64,000 nucleotides of DNA, from NCBI GenBank assembly GCA_047967505.1, contig CM106538.1. One strand, written 5' to 3'. Below are positions 40,001 through 55,000 of the stretch, one piece after another. Made by a program: the position numbers and the translations under genes. Position 1 is the first letter of the stretch; each line of letters begins with the position of its first letter. This DNA is from Dipteris shenzhenensis (Eukaryota). The notes below the pieces were generated by a model. It saw nothing but the letters and a program-made list of their open reading frames with translations. It did no database searches and had not been told where the DNA came from.

Positions 40001-43000
40001 CAGACCCTACACACCACCCAATTGAAAAAAGTATCCCTTTGTTTTTGCTCTTTTTAACCTCGAACCTTGTAAACCCAAGGGGAGTCCCCTATGGAAGTCC
40101 ATTTGGGGTGCCTTTGAAGAGATAAAAGCCTACATTCTCTTCACTCGCAAGGGCAACTTCATGTTGCTTGACTCTATCTAGGTGTCCTCCGTTTTAAGAT
40201 GTGCTACTTTGACAGATGAGCAATTTACAATTGCAACTAAGCTGTTCAAGAAAGGGCTTCAAACTTGGGGCCAGCTGTGGAGTAGAGAACATATCAGATG
40301 GAAAACCTGGCTTGAAATCAGAAGATAGTTTTCTCTATCTAACCAACAGCAAGGATTGATTATGACAAGATTGCAACTCTGGCAAGGGGAGGTGTCTTGG
40401 AAGGGGGGTTCAGTACTGTGCATACACAAGGAGTTCAGCTGGGTGGGTTGCTCTTCTTTATTAACCATCCCAACTCCTACTACTAATATGGAGGATCTAT
40501 TCAAAACTCTCAACAGTAGATGGAAGTTGAATGATGATAGAACCCAATGGTACTACAGATTCCATAGAATTTGGACTAAAAATGTGCCTGAGAAAATGTC
40601 TTGTCTGGCATGGCTAATACTGCATAAATCTGTATGGTCTAACTCAAGAGATCTCAGCATTGGCAAAGGGAAAGGCAAATGTATGAGATGCATTAACCTT
40701 GTTGAAGATGTCTTCCACTTGTTTGTTGCCTGTCCTCATGCTAGGAAAGTATGGAAATTTATCCAAATGGAATGTGGTGAAGCTGTTAATTGGAAAGCCA
40801 TTCTATTAGGAGATGCTTGTAGGATAAGGCATGAGCCTTGGTTTATCATCAGGGCCCATGCACTCTAGTTCATATGGATATCTAGAAATGATTTCTAATT
40901 TAATCATAAAGATTTTGCTACTGATGCTATGCTTGCTGCATGGTGGAACAGAAAAAAAGGAGAATTGACTTCATCATTAGTGCATCCAATCTTGAGCATT
41001 AAAGACTAAGTGCAGATATTGCTGGACACAAGCTTTCCTGTTTTATTTCAGATGAGCGTGCGAAGATTCCTCCCTTTCTTCAAAGAAGGTCTGGTGAACT
41101 CCTTCCCTCCTCCCCAGTTTCAACACCTCAAGCTTCTACAAGCAAAGTTCCCTCTACTTTTGCTACTGTTGGTCCTATTTTTGTTGCTGACATGTGCAAG
41201 GGCATACTCTAGGACACTGTTTCCCCCGCTAGCGGAGAAACATGTCATCCTGTTAGTCCGTGGAAAGAGTTGCATCCCATTCAGAACTGGCATGTGCAGT
41301 CCATTCATCATACATTTGAGTGCTCTTCCTTGTGCATTGATGGTATCATCTTCCGAAGTCCTGTGCCATAAGGCATCTATCTCAATTGCATCTTCTTTGT
41401 CCAATTCATCATGCATGATAGGTTGAAATTGCAGCTATCCAATTCTAGCATTGAGGTCTCCCATGATTATTACCTTACCTAGTTCTTTCAGTTCTGCAAT
41501 GTCTAGGCATTCCGGGCATAGAAACGGGATTTATGGTGAGGTATATAGCATCCTACAAGGAAGAGGGGGCTTTCACCAAATTCCACTTTCAACCACATAA
41601 ACCTCTTGTATTTATCAGCAGCTTTGTACAAGCTAATTTTTCCTGCTAAGTATTCTTGGATCATGCATGCTGCTCCTCCTTGCCCTCTCTTTCCGATTTG
41701 TTTTTGGTACACTGTGTGTACAACATATCCTGGTATTTCTGGGATTCGGCATATCTCGCTTTCCCATGTTTCTCCCAAAAAAACTATGTCTGCTCCCTAT
41801 ATGAAAGCATTAATGCTGACTCCCTTATTCCAAGGGAAACCTCTACAGTTCCAAAACATTACTTGCAAAGGCGTGTATGTCCCATGGGTCTCGCTTCCCT
41901 ATTGAGTGTCCTCCCGAGAAGAAGTGTTTTGCCTTGTCTTGCCAACCGTTCTGCATATTGTTTCCTTCTTGCTTCTTGCTGTTTGGGGGTGCGGTCCTCA
42001 GAGAGAGAAAGTTATGCTGAAAACAACAATAATGTGTTCAGAAGGTCCCTTCATAATAGAGATTATTGAGCCTATAGATGGGCAATGATCCCAATGTGAT
42101 CATAGGAAGCTCGTGATGAATATGCACCTTAAGATACTAATATTTATTTGCAGTCACAAGCTATGATGCTTTTTTCAAATGAATGTTCTATGCTGTAATT
42201 TGATGTACAACCATGTAATAGCTTTGATGCACTCTCCATTTGATACTCTTGAATGTGATGAGCAGTCCACACATGACCTACCACAAAATTTGCAAGTTGT
42301 GGCTATCAAGTTGATGAAGTCAAAGCTTTTGGTAATCGACTTGCTCCTCAAAAGCAGCCTGTGCACGATGATCTTATGGTAGCAAATGAGAGTCATTTAC
42401 TGTCAAACACTACTACTTCAAACAAATGATTGCTAAACTCAAGTGCTGGCAAACTCATGATAGGTTAAGGGGATTGGTTTAAATCATCAAATCAGTCCCA
42501 AGCTGGAAATAACACAATTCCAATGTTGCCTCTGCATAAAAAAGGTGTGAAGTTTTTGAAAATCCCAAAAAGAACTTGCTTTATGTTACAGCCATATGCG
42601 ATGATGAGAGTGATATATAAACTTCACAAAACACAAACGTAAAATCCCATTTATTGAGAATCTCAAGCTCAAGTAGCGGACATGGTGGGCTATAAATAAC
42701 AATGCCCCACATCAACCCCAAAAGTCTTTGCACATTGAAAGGCTTACTATGGTACATACCGTGAATCCAATACAAACACATGTTCCCCATAGTGTCACTC
42801 TTGAATTGCAATGCACTCTTCTCATCCAATCACCAAATCCATTGAGCTAGTGATGTAACAAAAACAAGTCCATCTAAAATTTCAAAGATATTATAAAATA
42901 GACTATCATGCCCCTTGCAAGCCAAGTAGCATAAGAGCAGTATTCATATGTCATTTGTTCTCTCGCAACTTATCATGACAAATAGATAGTGGAAGCTTGA

Positions 43001-46000
43001 AACATGAACTAAGAAAAACGATATTACAAACCATGAGAAGGCCTTGGAAACTACTAGAGTAAAATAACCCACTCTATATGCACACACAAAGTTGGGATAA
43101 GAGGGTCATTGCCCTACTTGTGAGCCTAAAATTGAGCACAAAGGAACAAGACACCTAGATACAAGAGATTGAGAAAGCTTCCACATGGACATGAAAAGAG
43201 CTGCCATGAAGCATAAAATACTCACAAAGCCTTTCCAATGCTAGATTGTTGTAAAACCAATTCATTTAGGCACAATGAAACTGCAGCTCAGACAGTATCT
43301 TAAGCCCCCAAGCTAGCCGGTCTGAATGGCAATTTAATTCGTTTTCAGCAACAAGCCAGCTTGTCACAGTCCCGCAAGACTCCTACAATACATCTTTTGA
43401 TGCTCTTCACATAGAACTACCTTACCTAACGACCAGTAAGCTACTTATATTCAGCAAGCTTGCCGGTTTTCCATTCAGCCTAAATCCACACACTAGCTTC
43501 TCCGCACACACAAGGCAACTCTCCACTTTAACTGTTCAACCAGCACACTTGTTACATCCAACCAATCAACAAGCTAGCTGGTTCACAGTCAACAAAGGCC
43601 AACCAACTACTATGGACTCTGTGGAAAGACAGGAACCACCGAGTCTTTCAAGAGCATACTTCTTTCATTTTCGCAGGCAATCCTTTAATGATTGCTTGTC
43701 TATTCGTCAAATAGATAAATTACAATGTCTACTTGTCTTACAGTGAAATTTTATGAACTTGTATTTGCTGGTCTCCACTTTGGGGACAGCCTCTTGTAAT
43801 CTAAAAATACATGGATTTCACCCCACAAAAAAAGTGACTGTGTGTGTTTTTTAGTAGAAGTTGCTCTTTGGCATTTACCCATGGAAGCCTGAGTTCGACC
43901 TTTTTTTCACTTGGGTTCGATATTGGACTCTCTGGACTCTGTGGAAAGACATCATAGAGTCTTTGGAGATTCTACTTTTTGCATGTTTCACTATTCCTTG
44001 ATGTCACTTAGGCAATCTTAGACAATTTAGGATTGCAGATCTCCCTTCACAAGAGGTTCTCGTAGCACAGCGCCAATTGTTACAGCATGTCTCTCCCATT
44101 GTCCCTCCTGCACAAGCTCTGGAGCTAGAAAGTCCTTTCACTGATAGAGAATTATTTAATGCGATCCTGTGGCAAATGGAAATCTCCAAGATGGGATGGT
44201 CTCACTGTTGAATTATTTCTTGTATTCTGGGATATCCTTAAATCAACTTTGTTGCGTATGAAAAATTCTGCTTAGGAAAATCAACACATGCTGGATTCTT
44301 GGAAAAAAGGGCTTGTGAAACTTCTTCCCAAGAAGCAAATATGTGAATCCTTGGCTGATTGGAGGCCTATCACTCTCATGCCAAATATTTACAAGATCAT
44401 CACTGAAATGGTGGTTGATCGTATCAAAGGGTACTTACATGATGGCCTTCATCCCGCACAATATGGGTTTGTTCCTCACAAGCATATCACAGATAATATT
44501 GCAAATGCTTATGTTGGAATATAATATGCCAACTATACAGAGCAGGATGTTCTATTACTACAGGTTGACATTGCTAAGGCATGTCTATAGTTATGGAAAC
44601 CTTCTGGCGCTCCAAACATGGCAAGAAAAGTTTGAGATTTCTTTCAGTGCAGCATCTCTATTCGCCAAAGATGCATGGGGGTTTGAATATTCTTAACATT
44701 CATGTGCATATTCTTGCTCATAAAGGGAAAATAATGCAGGAATTCATGTAGGGTTCTCAGCCTTGGGCTGCCATGATGCGCCATTTGCTTTTACAACTCA
44801 CGACCCCTGCCTTTGGCTACTAGCAGCCCACTCATTGGGATTTTCTACTGGGTTGTATTGATAATAAGATCAACGGCTATCCGCTGATCTCCAACATGTT
44901 GATGGATTGCAAGCATATCCTCTCGCATTTGGAATGCCATGGCCGGGATTCCTTGCAGGGAAATTCTCTTAGGGGTTTTTGCCCCTTCGTTGGCTTTGCA
45001 GGAGCCTAGACGTTCATACTTCCTTAGTTTGAAAGGGATCCACTCGGTTTCGGATGTCATTCATGATCATGGAGCCCTTCTTTCTTTTCCTTTGGCTGCT
45101 GCAAAATATGGTCTTGGCATGCATTATCATCCTATATGGCACACTATTACTCATATGCTTCAACATTTTCAACCAGTACCGCCACCAGAGATGGAGGACC
45201 AGCTTCAAGATTGGACTCTTCATTCGCCAGGGTCGACATGCCATCCTTTGAGGCTGTCCCACAATACTATATCTTCTTTATTTAAAAATTTTTTACCCTC
45301 GCCCTGGGTTTCACATAGGGCAAATCATATTTGGCAAATGAATCGTCCTGCAAAGTGGTAGCGAAAGAAACTGCGAGTGATTTGGAATTCTAAAATTCCC
45401 CTTCGACAACAGGTTTTTTTGTGGAGAGTTTTGCTAGGGGTTCTTCCGTCACGGCAGCTTTTGGCACGTAGACATATTGCTCCAGCTGTTTGCCACTGAT
45501 GTTTGGCTCCACAGTAATCAATGCCTCATCTTCTTTGGCATTGCTCCCACACTCGTGATTTCTTGGGCTTCCTTGGGTAGCATTTGAGAACCAGATTTCC
45601 AGATGCTACTTTTGGGAAGTTTTTCTGGATTTTTGGGATTCACCCACCTAGATAGGAGTTTGATTTATTATTTTTCACTTGGGTGTGTGTGTCGTTATTG
45701 GGCTCTATGGTATTTATATCATGTCCATAACTCTCAGCTCTATGGACAATCCACTGTGGATGCTTATCATTCCTTCCGTTCCTACTTGCTTTGCTCCCTG
45801 AAGGATGTGCATTTCATGGGAGATCTTCCTGCGGCCTAACTACAAGTGTTCTTTCACTGCTTTTAGTTTTCTTGTACTAGCTGTTCTTTACTGGAGCAGC
45901 TACAATATGCTTTCTTTTCAGTTTTTTTAGCATATTAGTAGTTGACTTTTTTTGCAAAGAAATATAAGTAGTTGTCTTTCTTTGAGACAGCTATGAATGT

Positions 46001-49000
46001 AAATTTTTCTAAATGAAAGGTTTTAAACCCCCCCCCCCTCCCCCAAAAAAAAAAGTGTGTGTAATTGCATATCTGCTCTTTGGAGACTGCTTTTTGTAAT
46101 ATAATCATACATGAATTTCACCCCCCAAAAAAGAGTGTGTGTGTGTACATATACTAGTTCTTGTGCATGTGCATGTACATGTACATATGTATATGTATAT
46201 GTATGTATGTATACGTACATACATATATACATATATACATGTTGGATGTGCCATGTCAAGCTCCAAAGAAAACACACTCTTACCTTTGTTGATATATTGA
46301 AGCATATCAGCTTCTCGAAGTCTGGATTATGCCATACAAATCTTTCTACTTTATTATAAACTTGTCTTGGTCCATTCCTTTTCAATGTTCCTTGGAAGGG
46401 TTTTGAGATTTTCAAATGAGCATCGTAGCTTCAAGCATCTACCTTTTTATAAGTTCGTTGTAAATACCAACAGCTGCATCTGCAATTACAAATATTTTAT
46501 CAATAAGTTGATATGGAGGTAACCAATTCTCGTACAAAAAGCGGACCCACAACCAAAACCATAGGGACTCACAAAAACTAATGAAGCTATTCATCAATTG
46601 GCAATAAGAATTACAATTACGTGACCCTGTTTACAGACAAAAAATATTCCAGCAAACTTCAAAATAGGCAAAAGATTCTTCGCTCACTAATAGCAGACCT
46701 TATCCAAATCGAAAGCACCCCACCTACTTTGACAACTATTTAAGACTTGTGTACACTTAAGATAAGTATAGTTTGATATACCTGCTCTATATCTCTCCAA
46801 CACATCTGTACACAGAACTATATGTTCCATTAAGCCTGATTATAGCAATAGCCTTACTACCGACTCAAACTAGCTTCCATTTTTTGCCTCTAGTTTAACA
46901 TAAGGGACAAGTTATTTAACCACAATAGGATTCCATGACTTTTGTCAGAGACCTGCTTATGCATTAGAATAAGAAACTTGTAACCATAAATTGAAAATTA
47001 ATGCCATCACACAGTACTAAATTGAAAATAACTAAAACAATGAAACACAGGAAAAGCGAGGCCGTGTGGAATGCGAACGAAGATCACCCCCTGCCAAAGC
47101 AAGCATCTAACATATTTTTGAATGCTGAATCTTAATACAAAACTATTTCAGATTTTAGGATCAAACATCTAAAATTCTAGAAGTACGTGAAACTAAAAAC
47201 CACTCCTTTATAGATGTAGGAGGGTGTTGCAATGCTTCCAGAAGTAGACAAACAACAAGTAGCCAAAACTTAGTGATAACCCTGGAATCTCTGTTAGATT
47301 CCTAAAACTAAGCCAATAGATCTGAAATCGAAGTCTTCATGCTTCCATCATCCTCCTAACTCGATCCTAGCAGAAAACTGTGCCCGAAATTGGAAAAAAG
47401 GTCATTCATCATTCAAAACTCTTTAACAATTCTCTAATTCAAATTACAATCGATCAGGGACCCATTCATATCAATCCCAATTCGCCTTCAAAAGGTGCCA
47501 AACTTTCCAGAAAAATAATGAAACTTGTTCTAACTCCACTTGTCTTTGAGAAACTGGAACGAAACTGATTCCAGTGAAAGCAAGAGATCAACACTGAAAC
47601 TGAAAACTGCAGGAAACTGCCAAAAACGTCAAGCAAAAGAGTCTCTTTCTCAAATCATAATTAATCTAGAGGAAGAAAATTGCATGCAAACATCGTCCAT
47701 GCTGTGTTCTCTCAATTCAAACTGAATTAAGACACCAGCATAGCAGCAGCAAGCTGTAAAATAGATCACAATTTATCTAGAGGTGCCTAGTGATTGCAAC
47801 AGGAGCCTAGGGGTCAATAGGAGGCAAGAATTCAATGCGAGGTTGTTGTTTTAGGTTTCATCAGCTGAATCAATAATGAGGACACCCCATCCTGGGGAGA
47901 TGATTTTGGTGTTTGCTTGGATTTAGAGGAGTCTATTTGTAAGATATTTGGGCCGTGAGGTCAGTGTGGGCATCTCATTCACAACAATTTGCCCCAGTAT
48001 TGGAGATTATTAGGAGAAAACTCGTTTTGAAAAAGAAAGAGTGATATATTCCATTCAAAACAAATCATACAACAGGTGGGAGAGAAAGTACTCTATCCCT
48101 AGCCTCAACAATGTGGCAAAAAGGCCATGGAGGTGGTCTAAAATGCCACGACATCCCAAAAGGGGTCAAATGAAAAAATAATGAGCAGTCCCATGTCCTC
48201 ATGAAGGATATAAGTCTCCCACGAGCTGCCAAAGAGGTGCCTCTACACCGTTCCCACTGACTCTTGAGAGTGAAGATAATCTGCGCCCAAATGGAAGCGA
48301 GAGTGTCAGCCTCCGTGCAAGAAAACTCGTTTTAGAGCTCAACCAAACTTGACCTTGCTTCTTGGTCAACAGAGTTCCATTGGCCAAGGCGTGGTTTGTG
48401 TGTTCATGTTGGTGCCATTCTAGGGGCCAAATAAGCAAAGCCCACCTTGTTGCAAAAGGTTGTGCAACAACATGGCATTGACTTTGAGGAGACATTCGCT
48501 CCCACTTCTCACATCACGACCGTTCGGTGTGTCATTGCTCTCACATCCCACAGGCATTGGGAGGTCCACCGCCTTCCTTCATGGCTCGGAGGGAGCAGCC
48601 AAGATGTCAACATCAAGCATGCAAGAATGAGGTGAGAAAAGTAACCAACGCTTGATATGGCTGGGTCTAACCCTAAAACTAATAAATAGCTATAAAAATC
48701 TTTTTTTTTAACGAAATTATAATTATATAATTTAAAATATAATTATATTCATTCAACCAAATATTCCTAACCTGAATTGTCGGAAACAGCTTCAATAAAT
48801 TTAAATTATCTTTTTAAAGTTTTTCTCCAACCTCCATGACCCCTCTACTCATGCACATAATTAATGCACAGTTAGACCTAGAATGTTTAATTGTATCCTA
48901 GGCTTGCTAAGGCCATAACTTAAGCTAGACTTACCAAAATTTACCCAAATTGAGACCAACAGTTACGGCTTGTAGTGTACATCTGCATGTAAGTGATCAA

Positions 49001-52000
49001 GGTATAGATGATTACAATCAAAGATTAGTGGTTCCAGCAATTACATCCTGCTCACAAGTTTAAACCTATGTAATTCCATTCTGGCCTCGTAAGACTTATC
49101 ATTACTGCTTGATGAGGCCCAATCTCGTGAGCAGCTGGAGGGTGATCTGATAGATGATCATCGAGTCATAAGGACCAAGGCAACCCTATGGGTTGTGGCA
49201 ATAACTCTCAAGTCCAACCCATGCACTAGCTCCATCATCCTGTCACCGTAATGTGACTGGATGTACTCAACTGTGGCCGATCCTACTGCAAAAAGCTGCC
49301 ACTACCATGTCAAAATGGAACCATGGATATACTGATATCACTGAACTGATGAAGACCAATCCCATGGATTTGTAGATGGTGTCTAGCTGAAAGTGTAATT
49401 CCTGTTAAAGAAAGAACTCACACATTTGATCAATAACATGTGCACAAGAAACAAATAAACCTTAGCTACAAATAGAAATTCCAGTAATAATGTCCATAGG
49501 AAAGTGTGTAGGTGTGTTAGGTCTATCCACTTTGCATCCGTAGTAAGGTAGTTCAGAAATTTTAGAAGATATTTGCGCCCAAACCATCCTCTTCGCATAG
49601 GATTTGTTCCGGTATGACAACCTCATCTTGACCACTTCTAGCTGAACCTCATCAACAAAAGAAGTGAGTGTAGATCCCTCAAAATGCTTTAATAACCTAA
49701 CATGAAAAGCATTATGTATCTTCCAATGGGGAGGAGGATACAAACGAAATAAAACTTCATTGGTCCTGTACTCAATTCGGAAAGGACCATAACACCACAG
49801 AGCAAGCTTTACATAAACGATACGGTTATCCCTCTTTAATTTTAGCCTTGCTTTGTTGAATCTCACAAAACCCAATCACCGTCGCTTATTAGTGGACTCC
49901 CTTTGGCATTCCTATGATGACTAGAGAATATGCTGTCTCATATAATCATAAGCTGATTTCTGATCTTCAAAAAGCTGATCAACAGCAAATACTGTCACAA
50001 AACACTTCTAAAGCCTCCAAATGCCTTTGTACACCCTCTGCTAAAGACGACATGAGGACCATGGAGATAGTTTTAAAAGGTGCTTTGCTTGTAGTCAAAT
50101 TTAGTGTATTCTTGTAAGCAAACTCAACCATGAGCAAGCACTTCCCCCATAATTATGGATGATCATAACATAGCTACTTAAGTCTAATAACGCTTTATTT
50201 GCTGCCTCACTTTGTCCATCAGTCTTAGGATGAGAAGGAGAAGAACGTTCTAGCTTTGTCCACAAGTTCTCAAATAATGCTTGCCAAAAGTTACTGGTAA
50301 ACCTACTGTCACGATCAGAAACTACGGCCTTCGGAACTCCATGATCTACAAAACTATGTATAAAAATAGCTTTTAGAGATTTCTTACATGAAATGAATTG
50401 ATCTTGCTTAGTGAACCTGTCAATAATAGTCCATATCATGCCATGTCCCTGGGGAGGTCATGAAAAACATGTGACAAAGTCCATCGCAATGTCCGCTCAA
50501 GGCACTTCTGGAACTGGCAATGGTTGTAATAACCTTTGAAGTTTTATCCAATCATACTTAGCCTTATGCCAAATTGGACAAGAGATCACATACCGAAAAA
50601 CGTCTTTCCAGATCTGAGGCCAATATAAGTAACATCCACGTTGAGCGCAAGGGTGGATTATGGCATTCCTCCATTACCTTCTCCTTGCTGTTTCTGTTAA
50701 CACAGATATGATTTTGATCCAAAAGATATCCATCACGCAAAATAATAATCTTTATGCCCATTGCCTTCACTGAAATCTGTCCATACACGAGAGAAATCTA
50801 GATCTTTGTCTGCATCTTTCATGGCAGCCAATTCTTCATGATGAGCTTCCAAGATGGCATTAACTTGTGGTCTTCGATATAGAGCATCTACTACAACATT
50901 ATTTTTACCAGACGCATGCTGAATCTGAAAATTAAATGCAGCAAGAAAATTTGCCCAACTCATGTGTTTCTCCCTTACAAATGGTTGTGTAAGAAAGTAA
51001 AGCACACTCTGATGGTTGATCCGAATAAGGAAACCAGCTCCCAAAAGATAATGCTTCCAAACTCGAAGTACATATATCACTGCAAGTAATTCTTTTTCAT
51101 AGACATTATAATTGAGCTCAACATCATTCAACCATCTACTTTCATATGCTACAGCATGACCTTCTTCGAAAGATTGGGGATGAAGTAAGATCCTTCTTCC
51201 ACTCTTCAAAAGCTGCATTTTCTCTCTTTTCAAGCAAAAGCCTAGTATTTCGTGTCAAATCATGCAAAGGTGAAGCTTCATGACGTGATGGATGAAGCTC
51301 TTGTAAAATGAACAAAATCCTAGGAAAGATCTCACTTCATTTAATTATGGCCATTCATCTTCTTCTCTAGATCCATCTTAATTTCTCCATCAACACTATA
51401 AGTCCAAGAAACCATATCTCAAATAGAAAAAAACCACTCTTCTTAGAATTTATGAGTAATTTGATTCTCTTTCAAGAGATCAGAAACAACCTTCAAATGC
51501 CCTGTATGTTCCTCTTCATCCTTGCTGAAAACAATGATATCATCAAGAATGTCATTACAAAATACCTATGTTTCTGAAACAATCAGCTCAACATCCGATT
51601 ACTTAAGCCAAAAGATACTACTAGATATTGATACAAACCCTGTGATGTTCAAGAGGCAGTTTTATGAATATCTTCGGGTGCTATCCTTACTTAAGGATAA
51701 CCACTCTTCGAATCAATGCGGCTGAAAACACGTGCTCCCTTAAGCTTTCAAGAATATCATCAATCTGCGGGATTGGAAACATATTCTTGATAGTAATCTT
51801 GCTTAGAGCTCTGCAGTTCACACGCATACACCAAGACCCGTCTTTCTTCAAAGGTAGAAAAACTAGTGAACAAAAGATGAACTACTAGGTCTTATCAAGC
51901 CATTCTCCCACTTGCTTCTAAATTTTGTCTTGTTGTGCTTTATTCACCCTATACAAAGGTCTCTTAGGTGTTGTGCTCCATGTAATGAGATCTATGGATA

Positions 52001-55000
52001 AGTCATCAGGTCTCTCGCATGGTAAAGTCTTATACAGATTCCTTAGAAAGCAATCATCATATTCCTCTGGGAATCGTCTCGTCTTTGTTGTCAGGCTATC
52101 TTCGTTTCCTTCCTCATATGATTCCCTTATGTATATCAAGAACAAATAGCATTCTTAAAAACTTTCACTACTTGAACATGGCTCATCATAGGAATAAGAC
52201 TTCCCATCACTCCAATTGTAATGGTTACGTCACGTCCACGACATCCGTCTCTTTTCGATAATCATACATCAAATGTGTCTGATAATGCCATGGTTGTCCC
52301 AAAATGACATCCACATCAACCATTGGACCCACCAAAAAATCCAAATGGTCCACATGCCCCTATAAATGAACTCTCAGCTTGCTCCCAATCGGAAGAAGCG
52401 AAGAACTAGGCATATCTCTGGAGCTTCTTGTTGCACTATACGGAGTGATGAAGCTAATTTTGGTGTGATAAAGTTGTGAGAGGAACCTGCGGGCTGAAAT
52501 TGTCAACAACACTACCCCAAGCCTTTAGAAGAGGTAGCTCCAATACTGCAACCACCGGAAGACATTGCCATTAGAGCTATATTGATGCAAAAAAGTGAGA
52601 AATCATGGTACCAATCGGTATATTATGCAAGCCGCACTCAGCCACAAGCAAAGTGGAATTACTCAGTGATAGAAAGAGAATGCGTCAGGATGAACTATTC
52701 CATTGGAAAGTTCCAACACTACTTAATGTGTAACAAGATTATTTTTCATGTCGAACATCAGGCACTAGTGTATTTAGTCAACAAACCCCAGCCGATGGGG
52801 CGATTGGCAGGGTGGATCCTTTTGTTGCAAGAATTCGACTACACTATCAGAACCTATCTGTATAACTATCAATGACTGTCCCACCCTTTGTCTGAAATTG
52901 TATTGAAGATCATGACCTTGGTTTTGCCAAGGTTGACCTACAAATGCGACTCACAAAAAGACTGTAGTGCATCTAAGTGCCTCTAGAGCCCCTCTGCTGA
53001 AGACGATAGGAATACCACATCATTTGCATAAAGCAATATCTGAATCAGAGTGCCAGCAAGAGAGCAGCCAGCTCCCCCTAGTGTCTGCATCACTTCCTCA
53101 AGCTCATCGATGTAGAGTTGCAGCATCAATTGAAGAGGACTTCAAAGTTAGATTCAATGTGGTCCTGATAGCAATGCCATGATGTTTCCACTCAGTGTTA
53201 GGGGCTAGAAGCCCTCTCACTGGGAGAAGTTTCAAATTTAAGCAGATTTGCATAATTTTCTTAGAGAAGGCACTGAAAGTCTCTCAAGAATTAAAAAATT
53301 GGCTTGCTACTCATGAAGGGATTGCAGTAAACCAGCCGAGGTCCAAGTTTGAGCACCTACTACTTGCCTGCATTGCCTCTTTGTGTTTTATGGGATTGCA
53401 GACGGGCCACATTTATCTGGAAGGAATTGCAGGATTTTGGGTAGATTCGCTCCCTCGCCTTTCTTCATCACCTGAGATTCAATGACAAAGCTCTATCTGT
53501 CAGACCTCAGGTGTTTTATGAGCTGCATAACTCCTCTAGGACTTTTTCGGTTCAACATCATTTCATTGAGCCATGCTCGATGTTATTCCCCCCTCTCCAT
53601 ATAAATCTCCAACACACATCGGTGGACACATATTGGAAGAGCATTTCAGCCTGGCATATATGGAGACCCACAGGCATACAAGTCCACCTCTCTCACACCT
53701 TGGCCAGTATTCGGACAGACATTGTACACACTTTAATGCTCATTTGGTTGAGTATGCAGGGGTCTTCTAGGGCTGCCTCTGCCAACAGGAGTACTTTCCT
53801 CCTCAGGGACTCCAAAGGTTGTCTTTTCAGAGTTCACTAACGGCAATATTTTCACGGGATTTTTTCATGAGTAGGGCTTGGCCCTCTCTGGTTTTTTCAA
53901 GGGGGAAAAGGAAGTAGGGTAGCTTAGGAGAAGGTAGAGGAATTGAGGAAGAGAGGCATGAAGAGGGAGGAAACAATACAGACAGACAGACCGAGAAACA
54001 TTGAAAGTGAAGGGAAAGAGGAAGAAAGAAAGAAAGTCTATTAATGTCTACAAAAGACCAAAGGGTCTAGGAGTCTGAAAAGAAACCAAATACAATGAAA
54101 CCTAAGAATGGGGGCCACTAAAATGGGCACCTCTACCCAAGGCTGATGCATGTGACGAGAAAATAATAGTACATCGCACTATCACTGCCAGAGAAACCCA
54201 CAATGGGGGAGCAAACACCAAGAAAAATCCCCTCGTCGTTTATCAATCCATCACCTATCCATGAGTGGCTGGACCTATGTATGATGCCTGCAGGACCAAC
54301 ATGACTGGACGACTAAGGAGAGAGCTCGTTTGACAATGGCTCAAGATCTGGCAAAGGCTTGCATCGAGGGAGAAAATCAGGGATAGAACGTTGCTGTCGC
54401 TCGGTGTCTGTCTGGGTCCTCCTCTGTAGTGTCCGTGATTTGGCCAGCTATCCAACAAGTGCTGTCGTCACTCCAGTGGTCTGTCTCCCCATGTCAAAGA
54501 GATAGGATATGTCTGAGATACATAAAGAGAGAGAACTCTCTGAGCTCATAGAGAGGGTGAGGACTGGTGGCACTGTGATCACCATCTTGGGAGGGCTGGT
54601 GGAGAAAGCGGCGGTCCGCAATGTGTGAGGCTGCTGTGGCGGTATAAAACCTGTGATGAGATGCTGATGGCTGTCAATATGTGTGGTCCGCTGTGGTCTC
54701 CTAGCAATGGCGCTAGAAGGAGCTTGAGTAGATTAGCAAGATCTAGAGTCAAACCAATACATGAGGACAAATAATTGGGGGTGGGAACCATGAATAAACT
54801 CACCCTGCTTTTATCCTGCTGTGAGAGTTCATGCCATCTGCATGTGTACTGATCCATATAAAAGGAGATATAAAGGTCACAAACATCAATTAAGAGTCCG
54901 CTTCTAAGATGGATTAAGTCATTACAGGCCCTTTCCAATTCTACAGAAATGTTGCCTCCTGTCCTGCCCCTTATTACAACCTTCAGCCTGCTCCTCAATT

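Larger units (their letters stand above)
26090..41100 (+). mobile_element. Near full-length but inactivated L1-clade LINE, interrupted by a gypsy element and an RTE-like fragment
   Basis: ORF1: [19 protein letters not shown]..(C)FLCG..H....CP, a DUF4283/zf-CCHC_4-like pattern. ORF2 from ATG 37288: APE (TLNVRGL, LQEVK, GDFN, RLDKFY, SDHKPV), RT ([35 protein letters not shown]) and zf-RVT ([14 protein letters not shown]). Many stops and frameshifts. Confidence 0.9.

Noticed and set aside
42100-43000. Possible MULE/SWIM remnant on the minus strand
   Set aside because: Only vague Cys/His spacing; cannot be supported without a search.
46023-46415. ORFs rich in Y/V/C/T/H
   Set aside because: Translations of the TA/TG microsatellite.
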